From: a virus
Lineage: Duplodnaviria; Caudoviricetes
DNA length: 64,000 bases
Direction: 5' to 3' (one strand)
IMG/VR virus record: IMGVR_UViG_2595698834_000001
Span: 64,001-128,000 of that record
This document shows, in pieces, positions 8,092 to 19,100 of this stretch. The first letter of the stretch is position 1. The number at the start of each line of letters is the position of its first letter. The notes beneath the pieces are model-generated. The model did no database searches. It saw only the letters and a program-made list of their open reading frames with translations, and was not told the origin of the DNA. The position numbers were made by a program, and so were the translations under genes.

Positions 8092-9143
8092 AGGTTATCT
8101 CTCGCTTCCCTTAGAATGTCGAGCGCCGCTTCAGTTGCCTCCGGATAGAACTCTTTAGTATACTCTGAGACGATTTGCTCTTCGGTGGAGTCCATTTCTA
8201 TGCCTATTCGAGTCTCGACTTTGTAATGTTTTGTTACTTCTAGTCTAAAATTGTCGGATTTCTCCTTAAACACTTCTACTTCCTTGACCTGCTCTTTAGG
8301 AAGAACGAGTCGGACGTAGTGATTCTCTACTAGGTCTTGTGTGTTTTCGTCAATCTTCGTTAGTGTAATAAACTGCTTGTTCGCTATTGGAATGAAAGTC
8401 GGCTTACCCTTCGCAGCTAGGTCGATCAACATAACACCCTTCTCTTGACCTTCATCAGAGAAACTCGTTTGAATGGTGTTCCCTGTGTAGAATACGTTAT
8501 CCGTACCACCGAGGAACTGCCGTTTATGGTAGTGCCCTAGCGCTACATAGTCGAAAACGTCAGGTCGTAGGTCAGCAACGGAGAAGGCACCTGCTAGTCG
8601 ATGGTTGTATCGTCCAACTTCACTCCCATCTACACCGATGTGACCTGCTAGTATGCTAGGATTGGGTGACTGTTTGGCTATGTGTGACCACAGTTCTACA
8701 TTTTCCTTTAGTTCCTCGATGTTATCAGAGTAAGGAAGGGCAAATAAGTTAAACAAGAACCCGTCCTTTTCTACCTCTCGCCATAAAGGAACACTAAATA
8801 CGGTCACATTCGGGAGGAAATCAAAAACTTCCAACCAATTACGAGACTTTGTTGAATTGTCCCTTGAATCATGATTCCCTCTGATCATATAAACCTCAGT
8901 ATCTGAGTTTTGAGCAAACACTGTGAAGACTTCGTTGAACACGATGTCATCCAATGTCTTTCTTTTATGAAATAGGTCTCCACCAAACACGAGAATCGCA
9001 TCATGCTCTCTTGCAATTTCAAACACTTTATGTAAGGTATTAATCTGGTCTCTGAAGCGGTCTGTAATAAACCGCTTATCTGGCTTAGAGAAATCCTCGA
9101 AGATATGTGCATGGAAATCGCTAAACGTTACTATTTTAGTCAT
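8088..9143 (-). CDS. SbcD/Mre11-like metallophosphoesterase nuclease subunit
   Basis: SDFH, GGDLFH, GNHD, GHYH metallophosphoesterase motifs. Confidence 0.92.
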   Translation of the reverse strand: MTKIVTFSDFHAHIFEDFSKPDKRFITDRFRDQINTLHKVFEIAREHDAILVFGGDLFHKRKTLDDIVFNEVFTVFAQNSDTEVYMIRGNHDSRDNSTKSRNWLEVFDFLPNVTVFSVPLWREVEKDGFLFNLFALPYSDNIEELKENVELWSHIAKQSPNPSILAGHIGVDGSEVGRYNHRLAGAFSVADLRPDVFDYVALGHYHKRQFLGGTDNVFYTGNTIQTSFSDEGQEKGVMLIDLAAKGKPTFIPIANKQFITLTKIDENTQDLVENHYVRLVLPKEQVKEVEVFKEKSDNFRLEVTKHYKVETRIGIEMDSTEEQIVSEYTKEFYPEATEAALDILREARDNL

Positions 9144-9144
9144 A

Positions 9145-10617
9145 TTATGCCCCTCCTCTAGCAGATGTTATCGCTTTGTTAATCTCCGAGCTAAAGTCGG
9201 GCATATCAGCGTTGTCTCGGTTTCCTTTTTTCTTACTCTTGAAGGCAGCATCCATCCGGCTGTCAACTTCTTCTAAGATTGCAATGTGTTCTTTTCGTTC
9301 CTCTTCAGTTTTGTAATCCCTTACTCGCTGCATACTTCCTACAACTTTCATTCCGATCATACGATCAAAGTGTCCTTCAGGAGGGTTACGGAGCTTATCA
9401 GCGTACAATCTTAGGAACCCTGCATTAAACTCTTCTTGGTGCTGGTTGACTACGAGAAGAAGCTCTACGGCGTTTTTCTTACGTAGCCCACCTTCAATAT
9501 GCTCCGCTGTTTTGATTAAGGCGCTGTAAGCTGAGCGGTTCATCTGTGAAGCTGTCCACATAACAACATTAAAGTCTTGTGCAATTCTTCGCATCTCTTC
9601 AAAAAGCTTTCCAGCGTCTACACCTTCATTACCAGTTGCTTTAGGATTACGAAGTAATTCAGGGTAGTCAATAAGTACAACGTCGACATGCTTCCCTTTA
9701 CGAAGAGTTACATCGGAGATTAGTTGCTCGATTTTAGCAGGGGTAATTGCCCCCGGAGAGTAACGGGAGAAATATAGATTTCCAAGACGTTCCTTGTTTT
9801 TCTCGTACACACTTTGACGTTTGTTGAACTCCTCCTCGTTGAGTTGTGTCCCATTCAAAATCTGACTTCTTGTTCTCCCTAACATGCTCTGCTCGAACTT
9901 TAAAATCATACGATTCTCTAACTCCTCTAAGGCAATAAACAGAACGTTGTAACCCATTTTCACGTAGTTTGTCGCTAAATTTGTTAATAGAAGCGTTTTA
10001 CCTGTACCTGAGATGGCAGAGATAAGACCTAGCTCGCCTTTAGCTAAACCACCGCTATTGAGGGTGTCAAGAGATTTAAAACCTGTAGGGATGGTGTTCG
10101 TATGTAGAGTAGAAAGAGACTCTCTCTTATACTCTGCATCATGCAGGACATCAATAATCTCCTGTTCTTTACCGCTGATATCCATTCGCATTGTATCTCT
10201 AAGATTGTCTGCGATGTCCTCTAAGATGTCTTCTTTATCAAGATTTTGTGCGGCTTTCTTAAGTAAGTCCATAACCATATGCTTGCGTATATATTTCTCA
10301 ATCTGCTCGTCGATAACGGTGTCATCACTACTATCACGAACAGTGTATAACTCAGATATATCGTTGAAGTACTGCTGCTGCACTTCTGCACTCTTTTTCA
10401 TTCGATCCAGCTTCTCTTCAGCTAGAGTACATAAGGTGTCATACGTTAATGTAGCCGAGTTAGACTCGTAGTATCTCTTGATGATGTTTGATATGTCCTT
10501 GTAAACGTCATTGTCTTCGAAAATGGATAAAGGTGCGTTTGGGAGAACCTCCTTAGAAAATATAGGAGACTCAATCGCCTTCTTAAGAATCTGTTTCTGA
10601 ATTGGTGATACTGTCAC
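9145..10617 (-). CDS. DnaB-like replicative DNA helicase (start revised to GTG 10617)
   Basis: Walker A SGTGKT, ALEE, IDY, TASQMNR motifs; GGAGG SD before GTG. Confidence 0.9.
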   Translation of the reverse strand: MTVSPIQKQILKKAIESPIFSKEVLPNAPLSIFEDNDVYKDISNIIKRYYESNSATLTYDTLCTLAEEKLDRMKKSAEVQQQYFNDISELYTVRDSSDDTVIDEQIEKYIRKHMVMDLLKKAAQNLDKEDILEDIADNLRDTMRMDISGKEQEIIDVLHDAEYKRESLSTLHTNTIPTGFKSLDTLNSGGLAKGELGLISAISGTGKTLLLTNLATNYVKMGYNVLFIALEELENRMILKFEQSMLGRTRSQILNGTQLNEEEFNKRQSVYEKNKERLGNLYFSRYSPGAITPAKIEQLISDVTLRKGKHVDVVLIDYPELLRNPKATGNEGVDAGKLFEEMRRIAQDFNVVMWTASQMNRSAYSALIKTAEHIEGGLRKKNAVELLLVVNQHQEEFNAGFLRLYADKLRNPPEGHFDRMIGMKVVGSMQRVRDYKTEEERKEHIAILEEVDSRMDAAFKSKKKGNRDNADMPDFSSEINKAITSARGGA

Positions 10618-10659
10618 TTGTTTTCCTCCTTTTTTATACAAGTGGTAGAGAGTAAGGGT

Positions 10660-12360
10660 CTAATCCTCAAACTCTCCATCAAAAAAGTTATCTAGCGTGT
10701 TCTCGTAGTCAACGTGACTCTCAAGCTTGTAAGTCTTCTTTTGAGTGATAGCGGCAAGGTCAACCTCTTCTTCCTGTACTTCTTTAGCCTCTAGCCCTTC
10801 CATGAAACGAATAATCTGCCCTACATCGAGGATTGATAGGTCGTCTAACGGAATACGTTCTTTACCGTACTCTTTAAAAGCTTGTTGAATATCAGATAGG
10901 GAGACGAGCAACCCTTTTCGCTCTAAAATTAAACGCATAACGAGTCTTGTTTCATCGAGAGTGTTACGCTGGTATATATACTCTCTACCTTTCTCAACTT
11001 GTTCTGCTGTAGATAACGTAGGGTGAGTAAGCATACCGAGCATAAGACTTTGAGCATATGCCAATCTCTCAGAGTTCGTCTTCTCATCTACAAATGGAAC
11101 TTGTGACCTAGCAGAAGCAACCACAACTTCTGTATGCTCAGAGGAAAGAATCATGTGAGCAGGTAAACGTGTTACGCCACCTGTTATAATCATAGACTGC
11201 GTTAAGATAAACTTCTTAATAGTTTCACGAGTTTTCAGTGATACTCCTTCTTCAATCATCGTGTCTTCCGATAGGCGGTAGAAGTTCGCTAAGTGATACT
11301 CTTCATCAGACGAGTAGTCACCGCAAAGGAAATCATCTACTGCGTGACGATACTGTAGTAAACCTACACCGCTGTCAGCTGTCTTGTAACCATCTACAAG
11401 AGCTCGCACAGCATAATCATCCGGAAATTGAATCGGGATGTGTTTATAAGCAGCATACGCACGACTCACTTTCTTTTGGAAGTTACAGTAGTCGTTATAC
11501 ACATCGTAGCTTGCATCGCTCATTAGAGCGTTAACGAACGGAAGGAACTTTTTACTACCGTTGTTTCCTGATGTGAAGAGAGATCGACCGAACTGGGCTG
11601 ATAGGTAGACAGCCGGGTCAATATCGTTCTCTTCACAGAAAAGTCTAAACTTTTCAAACTGGTTCCACTTAGGAGAACCATAGAAAGCTTCCGGCAAGCA
11701 ATCGTAGTCGTTAGATACAGCAGGTACTTGAGTTCCCTCTCTGTATACCTTTACTTCTGCATTGTGCTTGTCTGTAAACAAAGCAGCGTAACGGTTGTAC
11801 AAACGTGAGATTAAGTATGTACGATAGTTACCTACAGGATTATCCGTCTCTTGGAACCATTCCCAGTTTGGAACGCCTTGCAAGTCCATTAGCTTACTAT
11901 TCATAGCATCATATTTGTTCTGCTCTTTTTCTTTTAAAAATCTTGATTCTAGCACTTGCTTTTTCGTACGTCTTTTTCTTGTAGTCTTTTTAGGCGGCTT
12001 CTCTTTCTTAGGCATCTTCTTATCGACGATGTCGTCAATACTAATAGGCTCATCAGAGTTGATCAGCGCCTTGTCAGATGTTTCAAATTTAACTAATTTA
12101 GTGTTCAGAAGGATGACTGTCCCTTTGGAACGACCTCTAACACCTTTTGTCTGTATAATTTCTTTTTCTTCAAGTGCTTTCAAATATCTTGAAACCGTTC
12201 TAGTGTCTTTCCCTACCATGTCAGCTAGTTCCTTCTTCTTGAAGGATACAGCCACGTCTTGTAGTTCTTTAGCCTTGGCTACCAACATACCTAGAAAATC
12301 TAGCACTCTAGGCTTGAGATCGACAATAGAGGACTCCAAATATACACCACCGTGTTCCAT
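10660..12360 (-). CDS. HTH-containing Rep-like / replication-associated DNA-binding protein
   Basis: N-terminal winged HTH (KKELADMVGKDTRTVSRYLKALEEKEII); position between the two helicases typical of Herelleviridae. Confidence 0.7.
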   Translation of the reverse strand: MEHGGVYLESSIVDLKPRVLDFLGMLVAKAKELQDVAVSFKKKELADMVGKDTRTVSRYLKALEEKEIIQTKGVRGRSKGTVILLNTKLVKFETSDKALINSDEPISIDDIVDKKMPKKEKPPKKTTRKRRTKKQVLESRFLKEKEQNKYDAMNSKLMDLQGVPNWEWFQETDNPVGNYRTYLISRLYNRYAALFTDKHNAEVKVYREGTQVPAVSNDYDCLPEAFYGSPKWNQFEKFRLFCEENDIDPAVYLSAQFGRSLFTSGNNGSKKFLPFVNALMSDASYDVYNDYCNFQKKVSRAYAAYKHIPIQFPDDYAVRALVDGYKTADSGVGLLQYRHAVDDFLCGDYSSDEEYHLANFYRLSEDTMIEEGVSLKTRETIKKFILTQSMIITGGVTRLPAHMILSSEHTEVVVASARSQVPFVDEKTNSERLAYAQSLMLGMLTHPTLSTAEQVEKGREYIYQRNTLDETRLVMRLILERKGLLVSLSDIQQAFKEYGKERIPLDDLSILDVGQIIRFMEGLEAKEVQEEEVDLAAITQKKTYKLESHVDYENTLDNFFDGEFED

Positions 12361-12398
12361 ACATGTTTTCCTCCCTACTCTGTAGTGCTCTTGATTAC

Positions 12399-12426
12399 AT
12401 TATAGCATAGTCTGTATTATACGCAA
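12399..12426 (-). promoter_or_regulatory. sigma-A-type promoter
   Basis: TTGCGT-16 nt-TATAAT with TG extension. Confidence 0.55.
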
Positions 12427-12447
12427 CCGTTATTTTCAGTTATAGGC

Positions 12448-12657
12448 TTAGTTAGCTTCGAATGTATAGGTCTTAATATTGTCATTGCTTATTCGTGAAC
12501 TCTTGTACACCACTTCAGCTTCCCCTCCACAGTCAAGACACTCGAACCATTCTGCGTAGTAATTAGCCTGTAGCATGTCATCCATGCAGAGCATATTTTC
12601 TGTTCGACAAGAAACACATGTCATACCTTTTCTAGGAACCATTTTGATGTGTAACAT
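12448..12657 (-). CDS. small zinc-ribbon protein
   Basis: CVSC...CLDC, AGAGGAAGG SD. Confidence 0.7.
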   Translation of the reverse strand: MLHIKMVPRKGMTCVSCRTENMLCMDDMLQANYYAEWFECLDCGGEAEVVYKSSRISNDNIKTYTFEAN

Positions 12658-12676
12658 TTATACCTTCCTCCTATAA

Positions 12677-15600
12677 TTAAGACTTTTTCTTACCTATTTC
12701 TTTTACGTCAAACTTCTCTTCTAGGAAAATCTTTTTACGTTCCTTACTATGGTTTAGTAAGTACTGGTTAGTCTGATCTTTGAAGTCGAAGACCATAACG
12801 CTGTTACCGTCAATGCCATTTAGTCGTAGTCCTCGCCCGATACGTTGGAGCTGCTGTCGCATGGATTTACCTCCAGCTGCTAGAATCATACAGCCAATAC
12901 TCTTCATGTCTACACCTTCGTCAATGATAGTAGACGCAATCAAGATAGGAAGCTCCCCTTGCGAAAATCGGTGTAGCTGATTTGTTCTATGGTCCGCCTC
13001 TGAGCCTCCGTTAATGAACTCCACCTCTTGATCATGGGCACGCAATAACTCGAGAATAGTTTCTCCGTGTTCAATCTCTTTAACACTGATGAGGATTCCA
13101 CCCGGTCGTCTCTTTCTATAGGCTACGGCTAGATCAGCTATGGCTTTGTTCCGGTGCTCATTTTGTACAATGCCTAGCTTGTAGGCTTCCATAAAGTTAT
13201 CTACCAACTCAATATTTCTCGGTTGCGTGATAGGGAGGATGCGAATTGTTGGTTTCGATGAAATACCTTTATTAATCAAGAAATCATTAGATACCTTTGA
13301 TATAACTCGGTCAAACACAGCCTGTAGTCTTTGATACCCCATCTTATCTTTCTTGTCGACAGTACCGGTTAATCCTACTCGGTAAATGGCGTTATCACAA
13401 AGAGATAATGACTCGTACCATGTCGTTGCTTTGGAGTGATGAACCTCATCCGCTATCATTACTTTGATTGACTCGAGGAACTCCAAGGTCTCCTTGTATT
13501 TCTTATACTTTTTATCGTTTTTCTTCTCCATGATTTTTTCAAACTCTACTATGTATTTATTCAGGTGCATTTGAGCTGATTTATCTGTAAACTTTTTGTC
13601 ATATGCGACGTATGTAAGATGTGTTTCAATGTCCTGCCAAATTTTTGTTGTTTGGCTGTTATTTTTTATGTAGTTTCGGATAAGCTGCCGAGTATTTTGA
13701 GTGTTCTTAAACTTAGGTACAATATCCTCGGCAATTGTCTTTATTACTCGATCCTTATGAGAGAACTTAACTCCCTTCTTAGGGTCTTTCAGTGCCGACA
13801 CTAGAGTAGGAACCATAACAAACACTATCTGCTTTCGTTTGATATCGAACTTCCCGTCACCTATAAATCCGATATCTTTTAGTCTAATGTTTAGACGTTT
13901 ACAGATACGTTCGGCTGAATGGGCAAATATTTCCTTACTGTGTGTAAAGAAAGCGATGCGCTCTCCTCTCTCAAGATACGGAAGTACTTGCTGCATGACT
14001 CCGGAGGCTACTTCCGTGTTATGGTTGATAATTCCATCCGCAATAAAACTATGTGTCTGCGGCATAGCCACGTCAAACGTAGGCTGTTTACCTAGAGATT
14101 GAACTTCCGTAACTCGTTCGTAAACAAATCTAGGTGAAGTGATCTCTAAAATTGTTTCGTACATATCATTTCGTGTAGAGTTTGGATGTTCCATAACAAA
14201 ACTTCTTAGCCTTTCTTTAGATACTGAGGTAGGTACAAAAAATCTAGGTTTTTTGCCTTTTATCGTTTTGATATACGCTTCGGTTAGTTCCTTACCGAAC
14301 GGGACAGTCTGTTTACTGCTTACAGTTCCTCTCCCTTCAGTTGCTTTGAAAAACTCGTCTAATTGCTTGGATCTTTGAGAAGATGTGAAGTCTAGGCGTT
14401 TTAGTAGATGCTTAGAATCTCGGACACCCAATGAAAGAACATAGTAGTTGTTTTGTTCATACCCTTTTACTTTTTTCGATGCAACTGTTGGAGTATATCC
14501 AAAATTTCTTAACATTAAGCTTATTTGCTGAACCAAAGTGTGGGAAGCACTTGTTACATCTAAGTTCCCTTTACTTTTAGTTATGCTGCATTCTGACTCG
14601 AGGTAGCCCGAGAGGAATGCCAATTGAATCTCAGAAGGAGCTTGTAAAATACAACTCGGAACATGCTTATCTTTTGCTACTCCGTATTTGATTTTAAATT
14701 TGTCGTGCCACGCTTTAGTTGATTTCCTATTATGCATTCTAACCTGTTCTGCACCTTGTTGTTTATTGTTTTCGTATAGAGTAGGCTGTTCTTTATCCTG
14801 AATTGCTAGTAGATACTTCTTTACTCGTTCCATAACTTCCGGCTTATTTGAAGTAAAGTCAATACGATCATTACTGCCTAAGTACCCGTCAGCTATGATA
14901 GCGCCTATGGCATAAGCTTCTTGGCAGTTCACGAGATTGTTGTTCCCGAAAACTTCGTCTCCAATAGACCCTACGAGATAGTCTCCGATGCCGATATTTC
15001 CTGCTTTTTTCCATTCAAACTTTCCGGAAGGAGATACAACTAGAAGAGGGTGATTGCGGGTTACTCGGTTTACTGTACCTCTATGTCCTTTAATCTCTAT
15101 GAGGTCTCTGACACCATTAAATGTTAAATGGCTCGGTGTCTCCAGTTCTCCATATCTGTTTACTAGGGAAATGTCTCCAAAGTAATCGACGACTCTCTCC
15201 TCTGCGCTTAGCTGGTGACCTGCTGCATTGAAAAATTCTTCAACCGTCATTAGTCCTTCAGATGTCATCAAAAATGAGCTCGGATGAAGACATTTTCCTC
15301 CGTTTGTAGCGATGTTTACAATTCCTACTTGTTCTTGAAACACCTTTTTGACTGCATCGTACTGATAGTCCCGAAGTGTGATAGGCGTTTCATCTCCATT
15401 GCCTAGAATGATCTCTTCGTCAATCGCTTCAGCGTTTAACATGGGACTCGGTCTTTCATCTATAATTTCGTATTCGACTGAAAGGTCCTTCTCCTGAAGT
15501 GCTCGTAGTCCTTCTAGGAATTGATCAATCAGACCCGTGTGAAACTTGTCCTCTTTGAAGTCATAAAAGTCTGTAATCCCATCCCAGTGACCATTCATAT

Positions 15601-15733
15601 AAGCTCTAGCATAGTGTACGTTTTCTTCTTTGATTCCAAGAGTTGTATGAGCCATATCATGTACCTTGTCTTTAAGAGAGACCTTACCTTCGAAGTCGAT
15701 ATATGTATACATTGTGTTTATTTTAATTTTCAT
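12677..15733 (-). CDS. superfamily 2 (UvsW-like) DNA helicase precursor containing an intein
   Basis: LRDYQ, split Walker A ATNGGK|T, DEVH, TGT, QRIGRGLR; about 593 aa after splicing. Confidence 0.92.
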   Translation of the reverse strand: MKIKINTMYTYIDFEGKVSLKDKVHDMAHTTLGIKEENVHYARAYMNGHWDGITDFYDFKEDKFHTGLIDQFLEGLRALQEKDLSVEYEIIDERPSPMLNAEAIDEEIILGNGDETPITLRDYQYDAVKKVFQEQVGIVNIATNGGKCLHPSSFLMTSEGLMTVEEFFNAAGHQLSAEERVVDYFGDISLVNRYGELETPSHLTFNGVRDLIEIKGHRGTVNRVTRNHPLLVVSPSGKFEWKKAGNIGIGDYLVGSIGDEVFGNNNLVNCQEAYAIGAIIADGYLGSNDRIDFTSNKPEVMERVKKYLLAIQDKEQPTLYENNKQQGAEQVRMHNRKSTKAWHDKFKIKYGVAKDKHVPSCILQAPSEIQLAFLSGYLESECSITKSKGNLDVTSASHTLVQQISLMLRNFGYTPTVASKKVKGYEQNNYYVLSLGVRDSKHLLKRLDFTSSQRSKQLDEFFKATEGRGTVSSKQTVPFGKELTEAYIKTIKGKKPRFFVPTSVSKERLRSFVMEHPNSTRNDMYETILEITSPRFVYERVTEVQSLGKQPTFDVAMPQTHSFIADGIINHNTEVASGVMQQVLPYLERGERIAFFTHSKEIFAHSAERICKRLNIRLKDIGFIGDGKFDIKRKQIVFVMVPTLVSALKDPKKGVKFSHKDRVIKTIAEDIVPKFKNTQNTRQLIRNYIKNNSQTTKIWQDIETHLTYVAYDKKFTDKSAQMHLNKYIVEFEKIMEKKNDKKYKKYKETLEFLESIKVMIADEVHHSKATTWYESLSLCDNAIYRVGLTGTVDKKDKMGYQRLQAVFDRVISKVSNDFLINKGISSKPTIRILPITQPRNIELVDNFMEAYKLGIVQNEHRNKAIADLAVAYRKRRPGGILISVKEIEHGETILELLRAHDQEVEFINGGSEADHRTNQLHRFSQGELPILIASTIIDEGVDMKSIGCMILAAGGKSMRQQLQRIGRGLRLNGIDGNSVMVFDFKDQTNQYLLNHSKERKKIFLEEKFDVKEIGKKKS
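14018..15292 (-). mobile_element. intein (425 aa) with LAGLIDADG homing endonuclease domain, inserted in helicase Walker A
   Basis: Begins CLHPSS after GGK, ends FIADGIINHN before Thr; block B VTRNHPL; LAGLIDADG-like AIGAIIADG and LAFLSGYLESE. Confidence 0.93.
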
Positions 15734-15770
15734 TTATCCAGCTTCCTCCTAGATTTTAGTCTGTAACTTC

Positions 15771-15800
15771 ATTATACCATATAACCTGTCCGGATTTCAA
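15771..15800 (-). promoter_or_regulatory. sigma-A-type promoter for helicase operon
   Basis: TTGAAA-18 nt-TATAAT with TG extension. Confidence 0.65.
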
Positions 15801-15863
15801 CCGAAAATAGCATATTTTAAATCCTTTTACACCAATAGTTACAGCTTGTTTTTGTCATATACT

Positions 15864-15976
15864 TGTCTTATTTTAATTTTATAGTGTCCGTATTATATAT
15901 TTATTTATATAATTTATATAAAATATATAAAGATAAATAATACCGAGCCTGTAAAAGGAAAATGAGACAAAAAAAG
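15864..15976. repeat. AT-rich origin-like element, copy 1 (inverted homologue at 58951-59080)
   Basis: Near-pure AT core flanked by outward-facing AAAAT(A/G)(A)GACA boxes; reverse complement of 15864-15903 matches 59041-59080 at 33/40 nt ungapped. Confidence 0.7.
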
Positions 15977-15987
15977 ATACCCAAGTG

Positions 15988-16161
15988 TCAGGTATCTTTG
16001 TTGTCCATCTTTTCAATCAGTTTATTTAATTTATTTTCTAATTTTGTAACCTCTTCCAACTTAGCATCGAGGAGCCTTTGGGATTGAACCAAAGACCTTT
16101 CTCGAGGGGTTGGTACAAACAACCTAGCTTTTGAAACAGGATCACGTCTTTCTAAAGGCAT
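15988..16161 (-). CDS. small coiled-coil virion-associated protein (57 aa; not in ORF track)
   Basis: MPLERRDPVSKARLFVPTPRERSLVQSQRLLDAKLEEV...; AGGAGG SD; last gene of baseplate operon, ends in a terminator hairpin. Confidence 0.75.
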   Translation of the reverse strand: MPLERRDPVSKARLFVPTPRERSLVQSQRLLDAKLEEVTKLENKLNKLIEKMDNKDT

Positions 16162-16184
16162 ATAAGCTCCTCCTAGACTTATTC

Positions 16185-19100
16185 TTATGCTTCGTCCTTA
16201 AATACAGCAGTCAGACGTCGAACTCTAGGTCTAACGAATCGGTTATCCGCTCGTAACTCCAGTTTCAACTTAAGCCGCTTGTTAACTGCGGTGCTAGAGA
16301 CCAGTTGAGCGTATTTGTATCGACTGAATTCTGCTGATTGGCGGGTAGATGTTGGGTTGTTCGTGAAAGTCTTCCACGTTTGTCCCCCATCTGTTGAGTA
16401 CTTAGGTGTTACTTTTGTTCCTGCTGGCAGTGCAGCGTCAAATTCCACAGTCAGCCTGTTATACGGGGCATCTGTAGAGTCAATGTTTAGTGATACATAA
16501 TCTCCTGATGTTGCGGACACAAAGCTTACAAAGGACAAGTCATCAAGAGTCAGCATAGGAGAAATGTATCGGTTAGACTTAAAGCGTGCTCTAAGTTTAA
16601 CAAGTCCTATAACCGTGGCTGTCTCCTGCTCAATGTAGTTAGCAAGCGGCTGCCATGGTATACTATCTATTGAAACAGAACCTACATCAGCTTTAGCTAC
16701 AGCTTTGATCTCCCAAATACATCCTGTGTTTGCAGGTGTAAGGTAAGTAGCCATTAACAATAACATGTCAGAGTCTAGGTCTTCCATAACGTTAAACTCA
16801 ACAATAGCTTCCTCTTGGAACTGGGCAGTGTAGACATTGAACTTCATGTCAGACTCTTGGTGAACAGTCCAAGTACGTGCGTTTGAAGAACTGAATAGTA
16901 CGCCGTTTACGTACGGTTGAGAAACTACACGATTAGCTGGGTTGTTGATATGTGTTTGACCTAGTGTTGCGATCCATGCTGTGTAGTCGTTACTATCTGT
17001 AATAAGTACCAAACAGAAACTTTGACCTGCTTTACACATTAACGGATCATCTAGTGCTACCTTAGTTGCTACAGTACCGTTTGCAGATACTTTGACATCA
17101 GCTGGAGTCAGGATTCTTTCGGCATATACAGTTTGGTTAGGGAACCCTCCATCTGATAAACCTCGGACTTGCACGATCAAGTTATCTGTGGTAGACTTAG
17201 AAGCCATAAAGATATCGAAACTAGTTACAACTCGGTCTTGTGGGAATACGAAAGATTGTGCTAGTGGGTCGTATAAGTTGACTGTAACTCGAGTTTTTGT
17301 GATAACTTCTTCAGTTGTCTTTAAAGTACCTTGAGCCGTGAATGTAGCAATAGCCATGTTAGTGCTATTCATTAACGAAACTTCACGTATACCAGTTCTG
17401 ATACCAGCCGGTATTTTGAACTTACCGCTCGCTCTTCCGTTAGCATCCGAACGAATTGTACCTGCCTCTGACCCTGCAACTGTTGATCCTGTCGGAGTAA
17501 TCGGAATCCGTACACCATCAAAGGATAGATAAAGGTTGTTAGAGTTCTTTTGCAAGTTTTCCGCAGCAAAGGCTACCTCAATCTGTCTCATGTACTCGAT
17601 AGCAGATGAACGAACTGTTGAAGCTACATCTGTCAGAGTACCAGTACGACCATTCTTTTTATCATAGTCAAGACTTTGTCCCATGTCCCATTGTTGGTTA
17701 CCGTCTAAGTCAAGGTTGTTTACAATGTCTCTTAGGCTCTTGTCTTTTGTAGTGGTACGGTTATGTCTCCACCATCTGTCGACTCGGATTGTCTTAGCGT
17801 CCTCTTTGTTAACTGTGATTTTTTCTTTCTCAATCCAGTTATCTGCTGAAGGAGTTAACTTAAGTACGCCTAGCTTGTTGTAAACTGCGTACGGGTTAAC
17901 GTTCATCGCTTCAGTTGCGAATGGTTGTGAAATTTCCTTGATCTCTGTGTAAGGTGCTGTGACTAGACGTCCCCAGCTCTTAGCTACAGATGACCCAGCA
18001 GCGAACTCAGGAGCTCTTACTTGATCGTCAGGAGCATCTACCATAAGCGTGATACTTGCGTCGTCGAAGCTTACTGCGACCGTAGAGGCATTCAGGTCCA
18101 TACGAGTAAAGTCTACGAAACCGTCTGCAAAAACTCCTCGAAGGTTTAGAGGGTCATCAGTTATGATTGACTGGTTCTCTAACGCTTGAATTGCTTGGTT
18201 ATACTCTACGTTTTCTAAGCGATCTTTCATGTTTACGACTTGAGCCATTGTTAGACGAACAATTCCGTCATTTTGAGCTTCTCCCATATCCGCATTCGGG
18301 TAAACGAAGGCTGTGCCGATTTTAAGAGTTAACGGGTCTTCGTGTACTGGTGGAACTGCGATCTCTCTACGATCCGGCTGCCCTTCGATAACAGTAAAGT
18401 TTCCTTTGCTATCTAGCGTGATAATGTCTACACGAGCAAGGTAGTAGTCGTAGCTAACTCGGATGATTCCTTTGTCTTTTGGCTTAAGGCCTGTCATTCC
18501 GTTGAAGTCAATTTCTGTGTTCCACCCAGCGTCTCCTTCGATAGGAGTAGTCGTTACTTTGTAGTCAACGCCTTGTTGCATGATGCGGTCGTAGTCAAAT
18601 GTCATATTGTAGGATGTACCTGTTGCAGGCTCCTTACCATTAAGTCCTGTATTCCAGTTAACGTATTGAACGCCACTGTCTTCGATGATTGTGAAGTCGG
18701 TTCCATATGTAAAGAACTGCTCAGGGGAAGTTGTCCATACTACAACCGTGTCAGAAATTAAGCTTGTGTACTGACCCGGGAGTGCGTCTCTACCATCTTG
18801 GGCACCTTTAGAAACTTGAATGCCGCCTGCCGGAGATTGTGTTCTTGCAATGACTTGTTTAACTTCTTTAACTGACGTACTGCCTATGCGGTTCTTGCGA
18901 ACTGCTGTATCATATGAATGTGTTTCTTGAGCAACATTTTTGAAGTCTGTAGATTTTCTCAAAGGAATACGTGTTGACTGGGCTTTGTTAATTCGGTAGC
19001 CTAGTACATAAGCAACACCACGGTCAACAATTAAGTCAACTAGGGTGTTATCTTGGCTTTTCTCTACCCACATTGAGAAGCCTTCTACTTGATACGAACC

